Shown here piece after piece: positions 59,113 to 64,000 of a stretch of DNA of 64,000 bases; within the stretch, counting starts at the first letter, position 1, and every line of letters starts with the position of its first letter. A program made the position numbers and the translations under genes. The DNA is from a virus, in IMG/VR virus record IMGVR_UViG_3300032213_001070, positions 1 through 64,000 of that record; one strand, 5' to 3'. Below the pieces are notes generated by a model. The model ran no database searches and was not told the DNA's origin. It saw nothing but the letters and a program-made list of their open reading frames with translations.

Positions 59113-60117
59113 CTACAATTTTATATTACCTAATGCTAGCTCATATGGTAGATCATACCTCTTGTTTTCATAGTGCCACTTAATCTTTTGCACTATATCT
59201 TCAAACTGATCAGCCCATTTGGCTAGTGTTTCTGAAGAAACTTGGTAAGGATAAACTTGATTGTACTTATCAATTACTATAAAAGTAACTTGTACATTCC
59301 AATCATCGGTAATACTGAACCTTTCTTTAGCTAGTAGTACATAGATAACGGCCTGGACCCAATATCTATAATACTCCACAGAGTCAGGAAAGTCTTGTAT
59401 TGACTTACCAAGAGTCTTTAAGTCATTAATAAAGATAGTTTTTGAGTTATGATCAACAACTACATTGTCAAGGACACCGTGGAAACCAAAAGGTAGATTG
59501 TCTAGTTCAGCTTTTACAAACAACTCATTGTAAGCTTCAATAGATTTGTCTTCTACATCTCTGTCTAGTTGTAGCAATGCCCGCACATTACTGTTATTCT
59601 TTAGTATTTCAACTGAAACTTTACAGCCATCTAAAGTTGGTTGATCTACTGTTGTTTTATCTAGACTAAGTTTAAGAAATTCAAAATACTCTGTGTTCTC
59701 TGATGTCAGAATCTTGTCAAGTCTTTGCTGATCTGTTTTGAGTGTCTGATAGAGATTTGCTGTAAGTAGCTGTGTGAGTATATCTTGTGAGTAGTCTGAC
59801 AAATTTAATGTATTATTTCCAACTGTCAAGTGATATTTAAAAATATTATCAATAATTTTTCTCTGACTATCAGTAGGAAACTTACCCGGCATAGTTACAA
59901 AATGCTCATCATACTTATCTGGCTCAAACAAAAGACAGTGCAGAACGCGCCCTCCTACAAGATGCGCGTCTGTACCATCTTCCCTCTGATTCAAAACATA
60001 ATGATTATAAAACATGGCCGGTGAAAACAATAACTTGTTGATGCCGCTATAACTGAAGTAAAACTTCTGTCTATAGAATCTATCTAGTTCCTCAGAACCA
60101 ATCAAAGTCTGTATCAT
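59113..60117 (-). CDS. PD-(D/E)xK exonuclease (RecE/ExoVIII- or Cas4-like)
   Basis: SYS.I..L, G...H...FEP, G.LD.V......I.DLKT, Y..QA..Y motifs. Confidence 0.8.
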   Translation of the reverse strand: MIQTLIGSEELDRFYRQKFYFSYSGINKLLFSPAMFYNHYVLNQREDGTDAHLVGGRVLHCLLFEPDKYDEHFVTMPGKFPTDSQRKIIDNIFKYHLTVGNNTLNLSDYSQDILTQLLTANLYQTLKTDQQRLDKILTSENTEYFEFLKLSLDKTTVDQPTLDGCKVSVEILKNNSNVRALLQLDRDVEDKSIEAYNELFVKAELDNLPFGFHGVLDNVVVDHNSKTIFINDLKTLGKSIQDFPDSVEYYRYWVQAVIYVLLAKERFSITDDWNVQVTFIVIDKYNQVYPYQVSSETLAKWADQFEDIVQKIKWHYENKRYDLPYELALGNIKL

Positions 60118-61360
60118 CTTGTTTTATTTGATTGTTATTTGTCTCTAGTTCAGGCTCCGGTTTTTCCTCTTCAAGTTCTATTGGATCTGATACAGCTTCA
60201 GTTGTCTCTAATACTGTTAAATCAGCTTCTATGTCTTCATTAGCTATTTCAACCTCATTAGCCACCCTAGCCACCCTAGGAGAGTTATCCTCAGGCACCT
60301 CAGGAATAAAGTCATCAACATGTTCATAGATATAATTTGCATTTAACTGTTTGAGTAAGTCTTCACTAATAGTAACAGTTTTAACTTTAAAGTAATCAGT
60401 GTCTCCAGTTTTTCCAATTTCATTAGAATACCTTCTCATCAAAACATCTAGTTTATCTGTAGTTAAGACACCTTTGTCAATAAGAGACTTGACAATGTCA
60501 TCTATATCAGTACCTAAATAGCTTTTGTTTTTCTTAAGAAATCCAATAAGAGACTTAAAATTCACATGGTTCTTAGTATGACAACTAGATATCTGGTAAC
60601 TATATTCTTTAAACAACATCTCTAAAAACAGCAAAGACTCAATGTAATTAGAATTAGCCATAATCTCCATAGCCAAGATATGATTATCATTATCATTACT
60701 CTCAAACATTTGGCTTATCTGTTCATACATAGCTTCATCTATAATAGTAGCATCATCACCATTTATATGCTTTAGAATTGACATCTCATCATATACAGTA
60801 GCACCTACCATCTTATGACATAAGTCAGCATGATCATCATCAATAGCATTATACCACTTAGAAGAATTCATATTATCACTGTGTGATTTTAGAGCTGCAT
60901 TATCCCCATGTCTAATGTCATTATATACAGAATAATCAAACAATACTTTGTCTTCTTGATAGTTTTCTAATGCTTCTCGGATGTTTTCTCTGTACCTGTC
61001 ATCCATATACATATTTGGATCATTCATTAACTCATTGAAGTCTGTAAGATCCATGCTGTATCTCCATACACCACTAGTAATTTTATCCTTTGTATTCTTT
61101 GCAGCAAATATATGTGTTGCTTCATCTATATTTCTTACAGTTCTTATCCCATGTTGTAAAGCTAGATCTTTAAGCTTTATTCTTGGAACATTGACTCCTG
61201 GTAGAAAATAAAGTTTGTCACCTTTTGTAGGAACATATTCATCAAGATATGTGGGAAACATATCTTCAGTCCTATCTTCCATACAGAATAAAGGTTCTAC
61301 TTTAATCATTACCTCTCTTTCACTTGATTCTACTTCTGATATTACAATATATCTTTTCAT
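60092..61360 (-). CDS. Hypothetical protein with BRCT-like N-terminal region and acidic tail
   Basis: 422 aa; KLYFLPGV..PR.KLK......IRTVR....ATHIF. Confidence 0.55.
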   Translation of the reverse strand: MKRYIVISEVESSEREVMIKVEPLFCMEDRTEDMFPTYLDEYVPTKGDKLYFLPGVNVPRIKLKDLALQHGIRTVRNIDEATHIFAAKNTKDKITSGVWRYSMDLTDFNELMNDPNMYMDDRYRENIREALENYQEDKVLFDYSVYNDIRHGDNAALKSHSDNMNSSKWYNAIDDDHADLCHKMVGATVYDEMSILKHINGDDATIIDEAMYEQISQMFESNDNDNHILAMEIMANSNYIESLLFLEMLFKEYSYQISSCHTKNHVNFKSLIGFLKKNKSYLGTDIDDIVKSLIDKGVLTTDKLDVLMRRYSNEIGKTGDTDYFKVKTVTISEDLLKQLNANYIYEHVDDFIPEVPEDNSPRVARVANEVEIANEDIEADLTVLETTEAVSDPIELEEEKPEPELETNNNQIKQDDTDFDWF

Positions 61361-61454
61361 AGTTTAAAAATTAATAAGGGGAGTATTACCTCCCCCTATG
61401 TTTGTTTGTATTTAAATTATTTTTCTTTAAAAGGGAAAAAGCTTAATGCTTCAA

Positions 61455-62624
61455 TTACTTGACAGCCATCTTCACCACGTCCTTATTCATCATAAGTTGT
61501 GCAAACTTAACCTTGTTTCCATTGACAATCTCCTTGATGATATAGTATCTAAGGTCATCAGTAAATGCATCACAGTCTGTAGTAAGCTTGATTAGTCTTT
61601 GAGTCATTCCGCTCGGAACAGGCTTAGTATCTGCAAACACCAATGAATAATTTATTAATCTGGTTGCAATCACACTAGATATGTCTGCTCTAAAGTCATC
61701 ATCTTTACCTACAGCATTTGTTAATGCATTCATTACATATTGCTCATCTTTAGTAAGTGTATCTTCAGGTGAGATAATCTTATCCAACTTGTTGTTAATG
61801 AACATAGTAAACATAGAACTAAAGTCTACACCAACAGAACCCTCACCAATCATTTGAATTAGAGGCAGGTCTGCTTCAAACTTAGGAATAGAGCTAATAG
61901 CATTAAAGAAAGTAGTAATAGATCTTGGATTAACTCTTTGAGTTACCAATTCTGGGTGCATCAACATAAAGTTAATACATCTACCATCTATTCCTGCAGT
62001 CTCAGCCCACTTAGCCCATACGTTTACATCATACTTCAACTCCACAGATACAAATCTTGTCTTCTGAGCTACATCCAAGCTAGTTACATTATAGTCACCA
62101 TTGTCCGGATTAGTAGTCAAGATCACATGCCAGTTCTTAGGAAGCTTCCATGATACATATTCCTGTCTATCTAAGATCTCCATAGTAGCTTGCATAAATC
62201 TATGGTCAGCCCGGGTATAGTCATCAAGAATCAAGAAACCACCTTCTCCTTTACCTTGAATCCATTCAGGAGCAGCATGTGACATACGCTTACCAATAAC
62301 TTTGTAACCTTTCTTAATGGCTGCATCTATCTGAGCTTCATTAATCCAAGTAGTTTTACCTTCTGCATTCTGTATTTCAAATTCTTTTACAGGAAAACCA
62401 ACTAAGTCACCTAATTCTTCCAACTGAGATAAATTCAGCTTTACTACTTGCATGTCCATTTCTTTACCCAACTGCATGATAGCAGAAGTCTTACCCAGAC
62501 CAGCATCACCCTCAATATTAATAGCTACGGGAACCTTACCCTCTGCTTGAATATACTGATTGTTGTTAACCATGTGCTTAATAAAGCTCTTTAACTCTTC
62601 TACATTCAATTGTACTTGACTCAT
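61455..62624 (-). CDS. MoxR-type AAA+ ATPase
   Basis: Walker A GDAGLGKT, Walker B LILDDYTRA, TTNP, AQKTRF and NPRS motifs. Confidence 0.85.
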   Translation of the reverse strand: MSQVQLNVEELKSFIKHMVNNNQYIQAEGKVPVAINIEGDAGLGKTSAIMQLGKEMDMQVVKLNLSQLEELGDLVGFPVKEFEIQNAEGKTTWINEAQIDAAIKKGYKVIGKRMSHAAPEWIQGKGEGGFLILDDYTRADHRFMQATMEILDRQEYVSWKLPKNWHVILTTNPDNGDYNVTSLDVAQKTRFVSVELKYDVNVWAKWAETAGIDGRCINFMLMHPELVTQRVNPRSITTFFNAISSIPKFEADLPLIQMIGEGSVGVDFSSMFTMFINNKLDKIISPEDTLTKDEQYVMNALTNAVGKDDDFRADISSVIATRLINYSLVFADTKPVPSGMTQRLIKLTTDCDAFTDDLRYYIIKEIVNGNKVKFAQLMMNKDVVKMAVK

Positions 62625-62634
62625 AATCTTTAAT

Positions 62635-63642
62635 TTATAATTCTAATTTAATTACTTTACCTGGTAAATCATTATTCATATAGGACTGCTCTGATAAAAC
62701 CCATAGGATGTTCCCTTTTGGTTTTACAGAATAACCACATTCACCATCAGTAAAATACACCAGGCTAGTATATTTCTTTAGGTTTTCATTATAATATTCC
62801 AGGACGGGATCAAACTCAGTCCCACCTCTTCCGTGTATATTCATTTCATGCTTTCCTGTATAAGGTTTGATAGAATGTATTTTAGTATCACATTGTACTA
62901 TAGTAATATCAACACCTGCCTTATAGATATGATGAATCTCATTCATAAACTCTTTGAGCTCATCATCACTTACAGAACCTGAAGTATCTATAGCTAAAAG
63001 CATATGTTGTTTCATCTTAATCTTGAGACCCGGATTGTCACTAAATCTTCTATTCTCTTTCCGCCTGATTTTCTTGGTAAATACTTTTGTACTGATTCCA
63101 GTAAACCTACGGATATACCCTCTCCAGTCAAACTTAGGTGGTACAATCTCCTCAACTACAATAACTCCTTCTATCTCACCAGGAACAGTACCACGTTTCT
63201 TAACAGTTTGCTCCTTAGCATCACTAAGCACTTTCTGCAATTGCTTTTCAATTAACTTTTGCTCAGCTTCAGTAAGATTATCAAACTCTTCCCAGGTACC
63301 ATGATCAGGAACATTACCCATATCAATATTGTCAAGAAGATTGTCCATTGCTTGATTACCGCAAGTACCATTCTTCTCTTTCTCATCTTTAAACTCTTTA
63401 AGCTTGTCATAGTAATATCTACAACCTGCTCTAAGTTCAAGATTCATATCAGCATAGTCTTCTATAAAAATACCTCTACCAGGAGCATTCTTAAGTATCT
63501 CAGCTATTTCTTCAGGACTAGCTCCTGTTTCTATAGCTGCAGACATTTCAAGTTTTAGTTTTTCATTCAATGCTTCATATTCTTCTTTAGAATATTCTCC
63601 GCCCGGCAACCAAGACTTTTCAATGTACTGATTGATTTCCAT
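62635..63642 (-). CDS. Metallopeptidase-vWA protein (DUF2201-like), exon 2
   Basis: vWA MIDAS DTSGS, GRGGT.F.P and FTDG motifs; begins MEINQYI after the intron. Confidence 0.85.
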   Translation of the reverse strand: MEINQYIEKSWLPGGEYSKEEYEALNEKLKLEMSAAIETGASPEEIAEILKNAPGRGIFIEDYADMNLELRAGCRYYYDKLKEFKDEKEKNGTCGNQAMDNLLDNIDMGNVPDHGTWEEFDNLTEAEQKLIEKQLQKVLSDAKEQTVKKRGTVPGEIEGVIVVEEIVPPKFDWRGYIRRFTGISTKVFTKKIRRKENRRFSDNPGLKIKMKQHMLLAIDTSGSVSDDELKEFMNEIHHIYKAGVDITIVQCDTKIHSIKPYTGKHEMNIHGRGGTEFDPVLEYYNENLKKYTSLVYFTDGECGYSVKPKGNILWVLSEQSYMNNDLPGKVIKLEL

Positions 63643-63951
63643 CATTTGTGTTAGCTGCATGTTTCCCTGCAGATCGGACTATACCTTCACCCCAGTAGGG
63701 TGGCTTATTGTAGTCTCTGAACCTCTTTCTTTAAAATAGTTTTCAAATTTATTCTTCTTTCTGTCTAACTTTTTAAAGAAATTTGGCTGCGGATCACCCA
63801 TTTGGACATCTCTATCTTTTTTACTATACCTGAATAATTAGTTCAGCCACATACTACCTCACGGTGCATGCTTAGTAGATAGAGCTTTAGGATTTTCCCG
63901 TCAATTTAAAGCTTTCTCTTACACATTACTGTGCAACGGGACTAGGAATTA
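63643..63951 (-). ncRNA. Self-splicing group I intron (309 nt, IC-like with P5abc)
   Basis: Minus strand carries P AAUUGACGGGAA, Q GAUCCGCAGC, R UUCAGAGACUA and S AAGGUAUAGUCC. The 5' exon ends in U and the intron ends in G. Removal restores in-frame ANVAMD|MEINQYI. Confidence 0.92.
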
Positions 63952-64000
63952 ATCCATTGCAACATTTGCAAGTCTCTTATCACTAAACTTAAAGTAAGTA
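63952..64000 (-). CDS. Metallopeptidase-vWA protein, exon 1 (runs off window)
   Basis: Reads ...TYFKFSDKRLANVAMD followed at once by an intron-encoded TAA. Confidence 0.85.

Noticed and set aside
59113-60117. Cas4-like nuclease as evidence of a CRISPR-Cas system
   Set aside because: No repeat-spacer array or other cas genes were seen; the context is a replication module.
60259-60279. 9-bp tandem repeat TAGCCACCC
   Set aside because: A two-copy in-frame micro-duplication (RVARVA) in a low-complexity tail; unremarkable.
61376-61396. GC hairpin between the AAA ATPase and the 422-aa gene as a terminator
   Set aside because: A stem is present but the U-tract on the minus strand is weak; it could be a processing or stability hairpin, so it was not called.
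490-63558. Numerous short antisense or alternate-frame ORFs in the track (e.g. 490-966, 1669-2076, 28578-29042, 50112-50558, 54096-54278, 62954-63304)
   Set aside because: They overlap well-supported genes and have the Ser/Phe/Leu/Ile-rich composition typical of shadow ORFs.
63643-63660. ORF-track start MQLTQM for the vWA gene
   Set aside because: These codons are the intron 3' end (P9 region to the terminal G); the real protein continues from exon 1 beyond the window.
1-64000. Stop-codon reassignment as seen in some crAss-like phages
   Set aside because: Giant ORFs read through under code 11, coding density is high, and TAG or TGA appear as plausible gene ends (13917, 54218, 58119, 60092).
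1-64000. tRNA or rRNA genes, integrase, transposase, reverse transcriptase/DGR
   Set aside because: Intergenic gaps are short and explained by terminators and leaders, and no such motifs were recognised by eye. tRNAscan-SE was not run.

Overview
The window is 64 kb of an AT-rich, crAss-like (Crassvirales-related) podophage genome. A Bacteroidota host is likely: leaders are A-rich without Shine-Dalgarno motifs and there is a TAnnTTTG-type promoter. The standard genetic code reads through. The plus strand (1-54218) is the virion module: the 3' end of the major capsid gene, ten small Lys-rich proteins, ring/hub/muzzle-type tail proteins, a Dps-like ferritin, a block of very Cys-rich external proteins, an IHF-like protein, and eight probable internal (ejected) proteins including a 3737-aa virion RNA polymerase (DFDVD motif). 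The minus strand (54256-64000) is a replication/accessory module: a MazG-like pyrophosphatase, a DUF932-like protein, a family B DNA polymerase, a PD-(D/E)xK exonuclease, a MoxR-type AAA ATPase, and a metallopeptidase-vWA gene interrupted by a 309-nt group I intron that the ORF track misses. The most striking pattern is that the four last ejection proteins (7238 aa in total) contain, by manual scan, only six cysteines. All six lie within 4 residues of a terminus and pair up across the three gene junctions, suggesting a head-to-tail disulfide chain in gene order. The upstream cargo proteins show a second putative C-to-N docking code and a shared xxxGG motif. All product names come from motif recognition and gene order, not database searches.
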